The notes: generated from the letters alone by a model not told the origin. A stretch of DNA of 63,852 nucleotides, filler included, from Gonapodya sp. JEL0774 (GCA_027604505.1; 9 parts of 9 records of this genome joined end to end with filler, not necessarily neighbours in it), one strand, 5' to 3'; shown: positions 1-13,239, counted from the whole stretch's first letter. Numbers and translations are program-made.

Positions 1-354
1 ACGGGGCCCTTCTTACATCCCGAGGATCTGGAAAACGCAATCACCAGATTCGGATCACAACCTCACATCGAAATTGTGCGAGACTTTGCTCATGCTGTGG
101 ATGGGATGTGCACTGTCTGCAAAGAGGCGGCTGATCTGATCTGCACGAGATTGGATCAAACTCCTTGGTCCCAACTCTCGTCGACAGAAAGCTCAGGACC
201 ACCATCGTGGATCGGTGAGTATTATATCCCGGCCTCCAACGTCCCCTCCAAACTTTGGATGATATTGACATCCACGGGTACCACTCGAGTCGGTGCGGTG
301 AAGCGACTTAATGCAGGTGTGGGGATCCTCCCCAAAATCAATCGTGGGCTATAA
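1..354 (+). CDS. Possible 3' end of a hypothetical protein, truncated at the contig start
   Basis: Frame 1 is open from base 1 to TAA at 352-354. No recognisable motif. Confidence 0.3.
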   Translation, partial: TGPFLHPEDLENAITRFGSQPHIEIVRDFAHAVDGMCTVCKEAADLICTRLDQTPWSQLSSTESSGPPSWIGEYYIPASNVPSKLWMILTSTGTTRVGAVKRLNAGVGILPKINRGL

Positions 355-1393
355 TGACATGTCCCAACGCCCATGTCTCTTACATTCCTCTGCGGAGTCC
401 TAGTATTACTGCGTTACATATTAGGACTCTTTCTGATCTTCCGAAATCCAACGTCCAATCACGCGGTGATGAAACCTCGTAGGACGTGCACGGACTACAG
501 AAGCGTGCGTGTGAGCTGTATCTCACGTATTATATTGCATATGTTGGAGATTCGTAAACCATGCGATCGGGGTGATGACTTGTTATGTAATTCGACCATG
601 AGTATGATACACGGGCATATCTAAGCCAGTCATGAACAACGAGTTGGATGAGGGACGTTATCAACCCCCCCACTCTAATCTTCTCGCCTTGGAAACCTAT
701 GTCTCCATGATCGCACACACAAGGATCGACCCCCCCAACCGTCTCCGATCCGGACATGAGAACAGTCCCCTCAGTAAGTTCCGCGCCCCATGAGTGAAGA
801 GCCGCCTTCGATTATGAGGAGGTGTCTGTCGTCCATACAAGTAAGGACTGGTCCGGCGCAGCTTCGAATCTTGGGCAGCCGGTGCATGTAATGCGTGGAC
901 GGATGTCACGTACGGGTTGTGTGGTGTTGGTGTACGTACGTGCGTTGTACGGGTGCACTGGTGATTGCTCACAAGGAGGGATTTGGTACTGGGTGTGGTC
1001 CGTGGTCCGTGGACGATGATCGATGCGTGCATGCAGGCGTGTGATGCATGTCGACACGTACTGGACCCACGACGAGGTTCTTCCCACCCCCCCCCCCCCG
1101 GCCCCCGCCCGCGGCGGGCGGGGGGGCGGCGCGGGGGGCCGGGGGGGGGCGGGGGGGGGGGGGCGGCGGGCGNNNNNNNNNNATTTTGTTTTGGTGTGTG
1201 GTGTTGGTCTTTGTGCGTTGTGGTTTTCGGTTCTGCAGCTGTGTATTTGATTCGGGCATTTCTTTGGACGTGTCGCTCCGTGTCACCGGCACGGCCCCCC
1301 CCCCCCCCCCCCCCTATGCGACACACGCCAAAAGAATTTCATTTTATTTCACCGACACAGGTCGGTCGTGTACAAAATCGCATTCGATTTTCA

Positions 1394-1416
1394 TTCGTTC
1401 GTTCGTTCGTTCGTTC
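1394..1416. repeat. (TTCG)n microsatellite
   Basis: ttcgttcgttcgttcgttcgttc, with degenerate units continuing to ~1434. Confidence 0.85.
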
Positions 1417-1804
1417 ATTTGTTCGTGCGTTCGTGCTCACGTATATATAATGCTGCTACACCCCTCGAACAAGTCCAGGAAAACCTTCTTTTTATCTACA
1501 GACACCTCGACATAGACGTACTACTGCGCATTCACTGTGCCTTCAATTTTCAAAACCTTCAAAACAAAAATTTGAAAATCCCGAGACGGGAGAATAGTCG
1601 AGACATCGAGAACCCTAGTATTCTAAATCTGAACCACCCCGTTCTCCACCGACACGAACAACGAAACGAACAAAGCACGTCAACTTGGCCAGTATGACAC
1701 TTTTCGTCTTTCTGGAAACCCGTGTCCCGTTCCACTTTGGTGATGCGTGCTTTTCCGCGCACCCAGCCCACGCGGGCCACCGCACCCCACCGCCACCACA
1801 CCTT

Positions 1805-3822
1805 CTACCGCCTACTCCCGGCCCCGCTTCTCACTGCCTTCTCCCACTCCTCCACAACCCACACCTCTTCCAAACTCTCCTTCCTCCTCCCCACGACGTT
1901 CCCCGCCGTCGTTCCCTCTCCTCCCTCTCCTCCTGCGTGCTTCTTTCCGTCCTGCACACCGACCACCCCGTGCACCACACACCCTCCCCAAAAGAACCCC
2001 ACGCTGCCGGTCTCGAGGACTCGGCCGGCACACCAGCCGTCCGGGTACTGGCGGTAGATGTGCACGTGGTCCGAGAGGGCCAAGGAGGTTTCGTGGGGGG
2101 TGACGGAGGAGGAGGGGCGGGGGAAGAAGGGGTGGATGGCGAGGGCGTGCCTGAGGGAGCAAGTTAGGGAGGGAGGTTGGTGCGAAGGTGAGTGATGATG
2201 TGGTAGGCTAACATGGGTTCTTCCCCCGTTCCCCGGCCCCATGTCAACCACACCCCGACCCCCCGACCCCCCTTCCGTCCCGTCAAACACAAGTCGACAG
2301 GTCCGACTACTCACGCCAGAACCTCGGGCCTGCCTGCTCTTTCCCTTGCGATGTTACGTGCCAGGGACACGTTGAGGTGGTCGCCGCGTGCCAAGCTGGT
2401 GTCTGGTGCTGTGGCGAGTGCCAAGCCCGGTGTGGGGGGTGATGAGTGGGCGGCGTCGGGGCGGGGACGGGGACGGGGACCGGCGGGGGAGGGGGATGGG
2501 GAGTGGGAGAGGGAGAGGGACGGGTCGAGGTCGAGGGATAAAGGGAGGGACGTGGGCAAGAGGCTGGTACTGCGCGGGCCGAGGTGGAGGTTGATGTGGA
2601 GGGGGAGTTGGGCCGAGTGGGGGGATCCGGAGGATGAGGAGTGGGAGGAGTGGGAGGACGAGGACGAGGACGAGGACATGGGAGATATGGGTGACACGGA
2701 AGTGGTGTCCGAGGTGTACGCGGGCGGGGTAGTGGTGGAGTGGGAGTCGGAGTATGGGTGGGATGATATGTCGGGTGTGTCGGGCGGGAGGACTGGGGAG
2801 AGGAGGAAAGGGGGCAGCACCGTGCGCGACGAAGGCGGGCCCTTCTGCCCACGACCCTGCCCCTTCCCATTCCCATTCCCATTCCCCTTCCCACCCCCCT
2901 TCTTCCCTCCGCCACTCCCTTGCCCCTCCCCCTTCCCCTCCCACTCGATGGGCGTCCACACGTCCCTGACCACCTGATGCACCATGATCCTTTCCCTCGC
3001 CCTCGCCCTCCGTCGTCTCACGTACACGATGGCACCCACCGTGGCGAGCACCATGGCGCACACGATGGCGACGGTGGCGATGGCGATTGTGGTGGGCGAT
3101 GGGGAAGCGGGCGGGGATTGGGAGGATTGGATGAGGGAGGAGGGGACGTCGGTCGGGGGGGCCACGAGGGGGGGAGGTGGGGGTGGTGGTGCGGTGGGGG
3201 AAGAGGAGAGAGAAGGGAGTGTGGGTTGGTTGGCAGAGCCGCCTGCAGGGCCGAGTGGGATGGGTGGCGGTGGCGGAGGCGGAGTTGGTGTGGATGACGG
3301 TGCAGCAGAAACGGGAGGAGCGGGAGGAGTGGGCGGTGCATTGGACGCAGTGGGTGGCGGTGCAACGGATGCAGGAGCGGGTGGGGGAGCGGGTTGAGCG
3401 GGAGTTGGTGGAGGAGAGCGAGAAGGGGGCGCAGGTGGCGGAGTGGGAGCGGGACCGGGAGGAGGCGACGGCTGGAAGGGTGAATTGGATTGAGGCGGTG
3501 ACGGCGGTGGCGGCGGTGGTGGCGCAGGAGATTTAGAGGGCAGTGTGGATCGGGTGGTGATGGTTGCCACGGGTGCAGACTGTGTTGGGTCTGGTGACGG
3601 TGGTGGGGACGGTGACGGTGACGGTGAGGTGAGCGACACGGTGTCAGTGACCACAGCAGCATCGGAAGTGGGCGCAGCAGCAGCAGATTGAGTTGCCGAT
3701 GCGGGCTGAGTTCCCAGACCGATTGAGACGTCGATCAGATCCGCCACGATGTCTGTGAGACCAAAGTCTGCGATGGGCGGCAGAACCGCGGGTGGTGGCG
3801 CAGGGGAAGCGGCAGACGCCAT
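1805..3822 (-). CDS. Pro/Ser/Thr-rich single-pass membrane protein with a C-terminal SH3 domain (2 exons: 3822-2315, 2150-1805)
   Basis: Long P/S/T-rich region, then TM helix IAIATVAIVCAMVLATVGAIVYV followed by RRRR. Phase-2 intron 2314-2151 (GTGAGT...CTAAC...CAG) joins to the SH3-like ALAIHPFFP...ETSLALSDHVHIYRQYPDGWCAGRVLETGSVGFFWGGCV. The true start is uncertain because no clear signal peptide is seen. Confidence 0.8.
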
Positions 3823-6040
3823 GGGAGAAGGGGGAATGCGGTCGAGTGACAGGGGTTGCTTGTATGGGGGAGAATGCAGTCTGGTTGTGTGTCTGAGTCC
3901 ACGAGTCGTCCAGTCCACACTGAACTCCAACACTCCGATTCCACCCGGATTCCTTAACTTTTCTTTCCCAAATCGAATCCACTTCAGCCTTCTTTTCCCT
4001 GTTTGTCCCTTCCTGGTCTTCGTCACCGATCGAGTTACCGTCCTGTGCGTGTTGTTGGCGAACAGACTTTCCAGTGTGTGGACAAGTTCACCGGATCCTC
4101 CCAGATCGCCGCACACGAGGCCCTGCCGCGGAGGCCACGAAGATCATCCCGATCAAACCACAAAGGAGACACAAGAACAAACTTCTGCTTTGCTACTTGA
4201 ATTCTTTTCCATTATTGGACAGAGTGGCCGCACCACATTTGCTTGGTGTCTTTGGTTGCCCCGCATTCTGTCGCCCAGCACCTCTCCCATACGAAAGAGA
4301 GGGGGCGTCATCCCCATATGTATCACGTCCCTCCTCGCCCCGTTTCTGGATCACCCCAATATTACTTGGTACCGTATTCTATCTGCACCTCACAGCCATG
4401 ATATCACGTACTGAATTGTATGGGTTGCACAATATTATATTATATTACACCTTCACTCCACACCTGCCCACGATTGTCAGGCAGTGTGTGCCACTGCGAC
4501 AGCGTGAAACGGTGCATCCCCCCACCACCCGGAGCTCGAGGCTATGCCGTATGCATACAGCGACCGCAGGCCGATACACAGTTTTACAATGTGCGACGTA
4601 AGTACGTACAGGACACCAAAGCAGTCGAGGGTAGTTCACCAACCCACTCCACTCTTGGTCTGGCAGCGACCGGCGTCCACACGCAACACATACAGGTCGA
4701 CGAATCCAGTGCTGGTGCCGATGTTGGTCTTGGGGGTCTTTTGGACCCCGGATACCCGTTCACAACCCCCCCGTACCACAGGCGGGGGGGTTATGGACTG
4801 TTTGGTGTTTGATGGGATGGATGGACTGAGGGTTCAATGTCGGGAACGTGGACAGTGGGTTGGCCGTCTTGGAGGCTGGTGTGGTTGGGAGAATAAGGAG
4901 ATAGTGCGCTGTGTGGCTGATCAGAATGAGGAAAGGTGAGGTCAGTGGCCAATGGGGCGTCGCGGATCCCAGGTCCCTGGTCCGAATCGAGTCTGGCAGG
5001 GGATGGGATGCTGAGACAAGTTCACCCTCATGCATGATGGCCACGCACACCTTGAGGAGAGCCGAATTGCATGTGAGGGTACCATGCACCGCACCCAAAC
5101 CGAGTCGTCCACCTTCACAAGTTCAGATTGCCGCCGACCCCACAAAGCCCCTCAGAACATAAACATGCTGCTCACGTGCACCTACCAACAAGGCCCATGA
5201 CGATGCATTTTCGACACACACCATGCAAGAACGACCGAGCGTAGCTACCACCTCCCCACCTCACTCCATTGCGAGGTGGTTTCTTTTGCTTTCCCTTGTC
5301 GACTCCTGTCTCCTTGTGCCAATCACCAACATGCCATCCACCGTCTGCCGTCACACTCGGACAAATAGTCAAGCCACTCGAGTTTCGAGGTGACGAGCAC
5401 TCTTGTAGCGAGTGTGCCGTTCGCTTCGTTGGAACAGTACTGTCGTTGTGTGAGGTGTGTTTCTGCGCTGATTCACGGGTTTCTCTGTTTTGTATGGAGT
5501 GGATGCAGCCAGCGTCCTGCAAGAGGTATGCACCAGGTGCAGCGCCGCACACCGCTCCGCTGGACGTTGAGGCACAACCTGCACGGGATGGGTCCAAGGC
5601 TCCAAATGTGGGAGCCGGTCGTTTGCCTATCGCACGGGGAACGGACGGACACAAACACTCTCCAACGTTGACGCACCGAGAGGCAACACGCGCGAGGTCA
5701 GGCTCCGAGGTATACACGTGGTGGCTGGTGTATCGAGTGATCGAGCAGGGCAGAGGGACAATGTGCGTGCACAGGAGGTGCCCCAGGGTTCAAATCTATC
5801 TGCGTGACCATGACGCGCGAGAGATGTATCGGATTCCCAAGGCTAGCGTGTGGCGTGGACCGTGACACTAGACGAGTCCGTGCGAGTCCAGAGCGGGGTG
5901 GGGAGTGGAGAGTGGGGAGTGGGGGGGCGGAACACACTTCATTGGCGCGACGGGGAACGGAGCAAGGTGAAGTGGACAGCTGGACACGGTGCCATAACTT
6001 GGCAGAACTCGCACACGGAGTAGGAACTTTTGTCACAGTT

Positions 6041-7075
6041 CTATGCCTCCGCCACGTTTACATCGAGCCCCTCCACAATCCAAAAGTCCTTCCTGCATAC
6101 GGGTTTGTGCATCTTCCAGTGCACCGTTTGACATTTCGCGTCACAGTACTTTGCCAGTCCACATCCGGTGCACGTTTTCCTGAGGTAAACATTGAGGCAT
6201 CGTGGCGCCAGACAAACACTGTCAATTAAATCTTTCGTGCGGGCCGATGCATCGTAGGTCAGTTGCAAACCAGCTTTCGAACCAATATTGGGCATCAGTT
6301 GCGTAAATGGGAAGGGGAATGCAAGGACATATCTGGCGGCCAAAAGCTGGTTGCTGAGCACAAAAGTGACGACTGCCTCAAATAAATCGTCCCCATTATT
6401 CCGGACACTGACAGCTTGCCACACCTCCAGGAATGCTTCTTGAAAACGGTGGTGTCTATTGATAGCGGTTGCGTACTGATATGAAATCTGTTGTCCCATG
6501 TGCAAGGTGATTTCAGAGAGAAAGGTGAGTGCTCCAGACATGTGATCAACTGCGTCCTCCACAGAGATGGTTTCTCCGTCCATGAGTTGATAGTGCCTGG
6601 CTTCCGGGTTGTGCTGATCTCTGTAAATGTGGAGCAACTCCCAAAAGATGTAAGTGAACGCATCCAGCAGCCGAGATAACAAGTTGAAGAGAGGTTCGGC
6701 GATAATTTTCTGGAGCGCGGTGGAGTAGATTGAGTATCGGGCGAACTCGGACGCCGCATACCCGTACGACCCAAAGTTCACCATGGTACGCGAAGCGGGA
6801 ACGCACCAAAGCGCCATCTCCTTTCCGAATGAGCTTGCCGTGAGAAGGGAAGCGATCTTGCGCGCGTTCGCGAACTCGTTATCGGTCATGCCCGGATCTC
6901 GCGTTCCCGCACCACCAAAGTTAAAGATAGTGTTCAACACCAATTGAAGGGCTTGAAAGTGGCGTGATGAGTCGCCGGATGCTACTGCCTCGCGAACATC
7001 CTTCCACAGTCGCGAATATTGTCCAATCACCATCCGGTACCCATCTTCGCGAGACTCTGCCCAGGCGAGAATCTC
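6041..7075 (-). CDS. MYND-type zinc finger protein, 5'-truncated
   Basis: ORF open to the contig edge. C-terminal CLAPRC...CTGCGLAKYCDAKCQTVHWKMHKPVC matches the zf-MYND pattern. Confidence 0.85.
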   Translation of the reverse strand, partial: EILAWAESREDGYRMVIGQYSRLWKDVREAVASGDSSRHFQALQLVLNTIFNFGGAGTRDPGMTDNEFANARKIASLLTASSFGKEMALWCVPASRTMVNFGSYGYAASEFARYSIYSTALQKIIAEPLFNLLSRLLDAFTYIFWELLHIYRDQHNPEARHYQLMDGETISVEDAVDHMSGALTFLSEITLHMGQQISYQYATAINRHHRFQEAFLEVWQAVSVRNNGDDLFEAVVTFVLSNQLLAARYVLAFPFPFTQLMPNIGSKAGLQLTYDASARTKDLIDSVCLAPRCLNVYLRKTCTGCGLAKYCDAKCQTVHWKMHKPVCRKDFWIVEGLDVNVAEA

Positions 7076-7175
7076 NNNNNNNNNNNNNNNNNNNNNNNNN
7101 NNNNNNNNNNNNNNNNNNNTTAATTAATTAANNNNNNNNNNNNNNNNNNNNNNNNNNNNNNNNNNNNNNNNNNNN
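7076..7175. other. Artificial contig-joining spacer
   Basis: N44-TTAATTAATTAA-N44, giving stops in all six frames. Confidence 0.98.
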
Positions 7176-7399
7176 AATAATAGAACAGAGTTGCCCCACC
7201 AAACGGAGCAATCCTGCCCGACCGGAGGAGGCCACAGACGACACCTCCGAGCCCCGTGTTGCACACTCTTGCCATAATTGACCATGCAGGACTCAGACAT
7301 GACAGTAAGTTCCGTTCTAAGTCTTATCTAAGTCGTACGACTGGGATGATTACTAGCATTACGGTAAGTCCATAAAAGTTTCGCATCCGCGTGACAATT

Positions 7400-10300
7400 T
7401 CACCACCTTGCAACAGTATCAATACTCAATGCCACAGTTGCAAACGTCCCTGCTACCAACAGCAAAATATTCTTCCATCGTCGCACGTGTTCCAACGCCA
7501 CCTCATAAGAGGACGCCACGACTGAGAGACTTTTGGAGCCGAGAGCCAGATCAAACGCTGCCGGAAAAATGTAAGAAAGGGGAAGGCAAAGCATCGTGCC
7601 AACGAGGGAAACAAACTAAATGATTCGATAGCGAGTGTTGAGGGTGATCAATTACAACCAGTTGGAAACACCAAAGGTCATTGTGAAGTACCTTATCCAA
7701 ATCGTCTCCCGCAGCCCACGCAACACATCCCAGCCCAAGAACCACCACAGTCCTCATTGCGTTCTTCGCCCATTTGATCCTCTTGTTTGCTTTTCCCCTT
7801 CCCTCACCAGCCCTCCCCCATGTCCAACGTTCGAAGATCTTCAGTGCCGGATACACTGCCAGTGGGAACGACAACAATATAGCGAGCGCATAGAGTGTTT
7901 GGATAAGGAGGGTTGTGGGACTCGGGGTTCGCGATCCGTCTCCGTTTGGCGACAGTGAAGGCGTAGACGTGACAACATCAAGGTTTGCGAAGATATAGGC
8001 CGAGACTGAGTCGCCGAAGGCGTAATACGATAGTGTGCCGACGAGAAGCATAAGAATTCCGATGGTGAGAATCGTCCTTTGAATGACGACGTGCTGCTCA
8101 GGACTTAGGCTCGACATGAAAGCAATTCAGCATCACAACTCACCATAACAAGACCTTCGGAAACTCCTCTCTTTTCTTCATACTTTGCGCAATCGGCAAA
8201 ACCAAACCTACACCCTCGAACGCAAATACTGCCGTCCCCAAAAACAATCCTGGTTCTTTCCCCACAAACCAATGGATGTTCAACCTCTCCTGACCGGAAT
8301 CATTAACCATCATCGGCGGTCCCCATCCACGTGCTCGGATGACAATGAAGTCGATGTAGCACACGTAAGCGACGCCCATGAGAATGAAAACATCAGCCAC
8401 AAGGGTCAGGAAGGCGAGACTACGGATTTGGCGGAGCCAGGACAGTGGAACAAACACGGAAAGCTGTGCACACAGGAAGATAAAAGGAAGGGTGAAACTG
8501 GAGGATGAGGGATTTGACGGCAACGATGGAATTATGGAGGAGGTGACTTGGGAGAGGTTCTGGGCGACGAAAATGAGGTAGGCGGTAGCAAAGCCGCACT
8601 GTAGTAGGGAGACACAACAGCATCAATATATTCTAGAATGGACTTTACAGGTAAGATAGCAAACTGCCATCCCGCCTACAATGCCAACTCACCTGTGAGA
8701 TCGCGATGCTGCCCACGACAACTCTTCTCATCCACCGTCCCCACACCCGACCTTGCTCGCCGAATCCTTCTTCTTTCTCATCTCTCCTGAGCGCCCATCC
8801 CATGTACCTGCCACACCGCTCCGCGACGTCTCCAAAATCCACTTGACGCAGTTCCGGACCCCAAATTCCAACCGGGCGAGTTGCTTCCCCCGACAGGAAC
8901 AGGAGCAAATAGCAGTGGTAGCCAATCACACCGAAAAAAATCATTCCAATGAGTGAGAGGAGCAAACCTCCGTGCGAAAATGCTAGGGGGAGGAAGAGAA
9001 TTCCTGTTGCAATAAAGGATTTGAGGAGCAGGAGGTAGGCGTGCATAGTCGATACCCCGTGCTGAGACGGAGGTGAAGCAGCGTTTGTTGCTGTCGACGT
9101 CAAATTGGCGGAATGCTTGCGAGAACCCGAGGCCGAGAGGAGGGGTGTGGTTTCCAAAGAGCCCTCTCCTATCCCACCTCTCGCCCTTTCCTCCACATAG
9201 TCGAGTTCTCCACTGTCCACTGGCGTTCTCCAACCGCCATCGTCGTATGAGTATTCGTCAGCATCACTACCTGCGAAGCCGTCTGCTTCGATGTCAATAT
9301 CGAGGTCAACGCCCGACAAGCGCCGAATACGAACACGGCGGGTTGGGGGATCAGGATCGGGGTCCGAAGACTCTGTATCGTCCATGGCGTCGTACATGGA
9401 TTCAGTGTCCTTGTGGTATGGGAACGAGTAGATTCTTAGTGACAAGTTGCGTTGATACGAGTGAATCCGCTGTCACACCACTTTGGGGCTCTCCGAGTAC
9501 TTACCACATCTCGTAAGCCAAAGTTTCCGTATAATGCCAAAAATTCGGCGAAATTTCTAGTCGGCACAACCCACTCCGGCCGCTCGGGGTCTCTTGAGAG
9601 GTGTTGCGTCCTCTTGGCAACCCGGTCAATCAAAAAGGCACGACGGAATCCACCGGGCTCTTTGAGGGACCGCACATTGGGAATTCGTGGGTCACCGGCA
9701 GAGGAGGATGCGAGGGATGGGGCGGATGGTGTTCGTCGGAGAGCACGGCTGGATGGCCGAGTGGACGTAGCATTCAATGTATCGGGGATAGCGGGCTCGA
9801 AGAGGAATCGAGGGGATGAAGATATGCCTATCGTTTGTTCTTGGTGAGGGCGGCCGGGGGAATCCGGAGCAAGAGCGTGACAGGGAGAGGGTGATGCCAC
9901 AGGCGTTCCTGGGGACTCCCCCCTGGATGCAGAGAAATAGCTTATTGCATCTTTGTGGCTAGACGGGACAAAGGACGGTGGTGGTGGGCTTGATGCTAGC
10001 TGCCGCCGATAGCTGTTCGTAGTTGAATGTATCAGAGTGTCCTTCATTACATTCAGCGAAATTATCCTGCTCTTACCGATAGATATCGTCCACAATGTCT
10101 CCACCTACTGCTGCGTGATGGCCGCCCCCTTCCGATCCAGTTCTGAAAACGTCTATTTCCTCAGTGTCAGTTCCAGTCGGTTCCGCTCGAGCTGATCCCT
10201 CAACAATGTAGGCATCGAGTGCTCGAGAAACGGCGTGATGAGACGGACGTGGAGACTCAGAAAGGCGAAGTTGCGGGGCAGGTGCGACCCATGAACCAGG

Positions 10301-10909
10301 CGCGACACGCTGAGTGTTCGCCGGAAGCGAATGGGGGAAAGGGAAAGCGTTCGAGGTCCGCCTTGAATTTGCAGAGAGGCTGGCGAAGGGTAGTGGAGGA
10401 GAGACAGAAGACGCGAGGCGAGGAGAGCCGTACTGCACACCATCGCTGGTTTGAAGGCGGGAAGGTCGGGAGGGTCTGCGTGTCGTCGTGGTGGGTGGCT
10501 GATAGGAACGGACTGAGGACGACGGAACGGGGGCTGCAGCAGGAGCCGAAGGCAAAGCGACCGCTTGCACATCATATTGAAGAGAAATTCGAGTTTCTGC
10601 AGGGGTGGGAGAGATGCCAGACGAGGCGGACGGCGATCCAGCTCCTTGTCCCCTTGTTGGCACCCCACTTGTCCTCAAGGATCCAACAGATGCCGCTGCT
10701 GCTCTGAGACCGGCAGCAATTCCCGAAGCTCCGGCTCCGAAAAACGCGGCATCACCGCCCAGAGCGTCTCGGCTGCCTGATCGCGAGACTGGGGAGGAAG
10801 GAGGTGTTTTCCGAAAAGGGTCACCGTCGAGTCCATCACCGGAAGACGGAGAAGATGGCACCAGCGACGACGCTTGCGGGGACGTCGAAGCTGCTCGACG
10901 CGAGTCCAT
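7400..10909 (-). CDS. AVT3: Vacuolar amino acid transporter, AVT3/AVT4 (Aa_trans) family, multi-exon
   Basis: Family motifs GGDIVDDIYR, PGGFRRAFL, TRNFAEFLALYGNFG, LLLLKSFIATGILFLPLAFSHGG, GTAVFAFEGVGLVLPIAQSMK and LYALAILLSFPLAVYPA occur in consecutive exons with GT-AG junctions. AVT3 versus AVT4 is not resolved. Confidence 0.9.
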
Positions 10910-11340
10910 CGCTTACTTTCGAAAGCGAAACAACTCCTTAGTTTTGAAGGGCTGCTGGTGATTTACCCTGGGACACCCTTGAGGCATAAATTTTTCATCT
11001 CGTCACATACACGTGTTTGTAGGTGACTGAGGAGAGCAGAAAGAATATATCGTATTGTACGTTGATGTGTATGCTGATGTCTTCAGCAACTGAAGCGGGC
11101 AGGCGTGGTGCGGCAGCTCGATATCCGGCAGTCAGGAGTTCGCATTCTTATGTGAACTGGGAACACAGATATATCTCCACCAGATGCTCGTGCGATACTA
11201 CAGTATCTCTCGTTGCGAAGCTGCCTGATGGGCCGAGAACAAAGTTACGCACCAGGATCAATGATCGATCCACCGAACGATTTTGGTCAATTCGCTGTCA
11301 TCTTCTTTCCATTACTCTGATCTGGAGCTGTCTGCAGCAG

Positions 11341-12926
11341 ATGTCAAGCAATCTCTCGACGATGGAGCTCATTGTCGCAGTGCTGTCCGGGCTCAGTGTT
11401 GTCTTCGCCATCTGGGCAAGCCTTACCATTTATAGAATTGCGGGAAAGCGGCCGTTGGTTGCTGCAGCGTATCCTGGTTTGCAACTTGCTATTTTTGTGA
11501 GTGATGGAGTCATTCATGGATCGTAGGATGGATAAGTTGGCGCGGTAGTCCCGGATGAGCTGTCGCTTCTCTCTCACCACTACTCTTGTTCCAGAACTTT
11601 CAATTCTGTGTATTTACCAGCGCTTATGGGTTCTTGATGCCTGACGCTCCAGCTGCAGCGTGCTATGCCAAAAAGTTTCTCCACACATTCGGAAGTGTGG
11701 GATTCTTCAGCTCCATGACAGCGTACTTTATCGAGTACGTGACTCGGGGACTTTGATCTGCTCTGACCGACGTCTAGCCTGATATGAACCTGTTCAAACA
11801 AGAATGGCTGTGACAATCATCAATAGCGAGAGTGCCACTTTTCAATCGAAACGATCTCGCTGGCCAGGAATCATTCTGTCCTTTGCTTTCCCACTAGCCT
11901 CCGCGTTAGCCTCAATACTTCCTCAAATTGTCGATCCAGGCGGAGCCTGGCGAGATCCTACCGGCGGAAACTGTCATCTAGGGATCCGCAGAGCGGAGAG
12001 ATGGGAACAGGTCAGACACTTCGCAAACTTCCCCTCTATGTCCTTGACCGTGCGGCCTCACTCTTGTGCTTCTTTGCTCGTGACCCCCTGGATTGTTCCT
12101 GGCAGGGGGTGTTCTTCTGTACCGGCCTCCCGATACTCATCCCGTCCCTGGGAACACTGGGCTTCTTTGTTGCTACGGCTCATCATATAATCAGTGTGAA
12201 CAAATCGATCATCGCACTTCACCAACCTATAGAGGAGCAAATCTCGGAGACACAAGAATCGTTGAAGGAAGCAGATATTTCGCATAAATCGGGCACAAAA
12301 AGCCCTGAGCTGCCAGCGCGTTCACGTTCACGGAGCCGAACGGGGTGGTTTAGAAGCCACATGAAAGCAGTCATGATTTCTAAGCGTGTCTTTTATACGA
12401 TGGGAACCATGTGCACCGTCACAGCGATATTCGGGATAGTCAACGGGATCGGTTCCATTTACAATGGGATCAAAATTGCTGGAGGGTGAGTACTCTATAT
12501 GGAGTAGAAGCTTCTGGAGTATTGGTGATCTACTGGAGCTGATTGAACCATTCTGGAGAAGTTTCCACACTCTGGACGGAGCAACAGCCATGGATGCAGT
12601 GAATTCGTTCACTGGAATAGCATATTTTCTCGTTGCATGTGAGCGGCCGCTGCTCGTTTTCATATTTCAGGATCAGACTAATCTGTTTTTGTCCCCTGCT
12701 TGCGGCTTCTGCGTGGCTCAAACCACTTCGATAAGTGTCCATCACCGAAGTTCGAAATGCTCTCGGGAATCCATTATCAGCGCAATCCTTGTTCATCTCC
12801 CAGAATGCAAAGTCCACTGTCGGTAACATTTCGGCGTTATCAATATTGGAATCGAGGCAAGCGTCGGTGCGGCGGCCTCCGGGTGCAGGGAGTACGATCA
12901 AGTCGACGATCGAGATCGAGAAATGA
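11341..12926 (+). CDS. GPCR-like multipass (6-7 TM) membrane protein, multi-exon
   Basis: Series of hydrophobic helices across exons, an extracellular-loop Cys (GGNCHLG), a long basic loop before the penultimate TM, and a hydrophilic tail ending STIEIEK*. Confidence 0.6.
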
Positions 12927-13239
12927 AGTACACCCCTGCTTAATGGACGCCCTCTGGCCCGCTATCGCTCTACCCTGGCGCCAGATCGACCGATGACTCT
13001 AGATTTGTCGGCCACAGATCTGCATTCCCACGATTTGACTACGAATGAAGGACAACGAAGCGGATATGCACCAGGTACTAATACAGGAATTCATAATTTA
13101 TTCATAGTTACTTCGCAGCACATCGTGGCATAGTTTCTGTTTTGTGATAAAATCATTTTTCATTTGCACACAGTCTCACAGTCGAGCTTGCGATTCGTGG
13201 CACGCGACAGGCAGAGTGAAGAATCCACAAAATCTTTTG

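Noticed and set aside
1088..1315. Pure G/C runs as a G-quadruplex element or Gly/Pro-rich ORFs
   Set aside because: They flank a 10-N gap (1173-1182) and look like low-quality read ends in homopolymer sequence.
4995..5060. TPP riboswitch suggested by GGG..GCTGAGA
   Set aside because: The downstream CCTGAT/TAAT..GCG..GG core is missing, and no thiamine gene is adjacent.
7120..7131. TTAATTAATTAA palindrome recurring every ~7.1 kb as a periodic regulatory or repeat system
   Set aside because: It is always centred in 44+44 Ns. This is a synthetic six-frame-stop linker, and the periodicity comes from sorting contigs by length.
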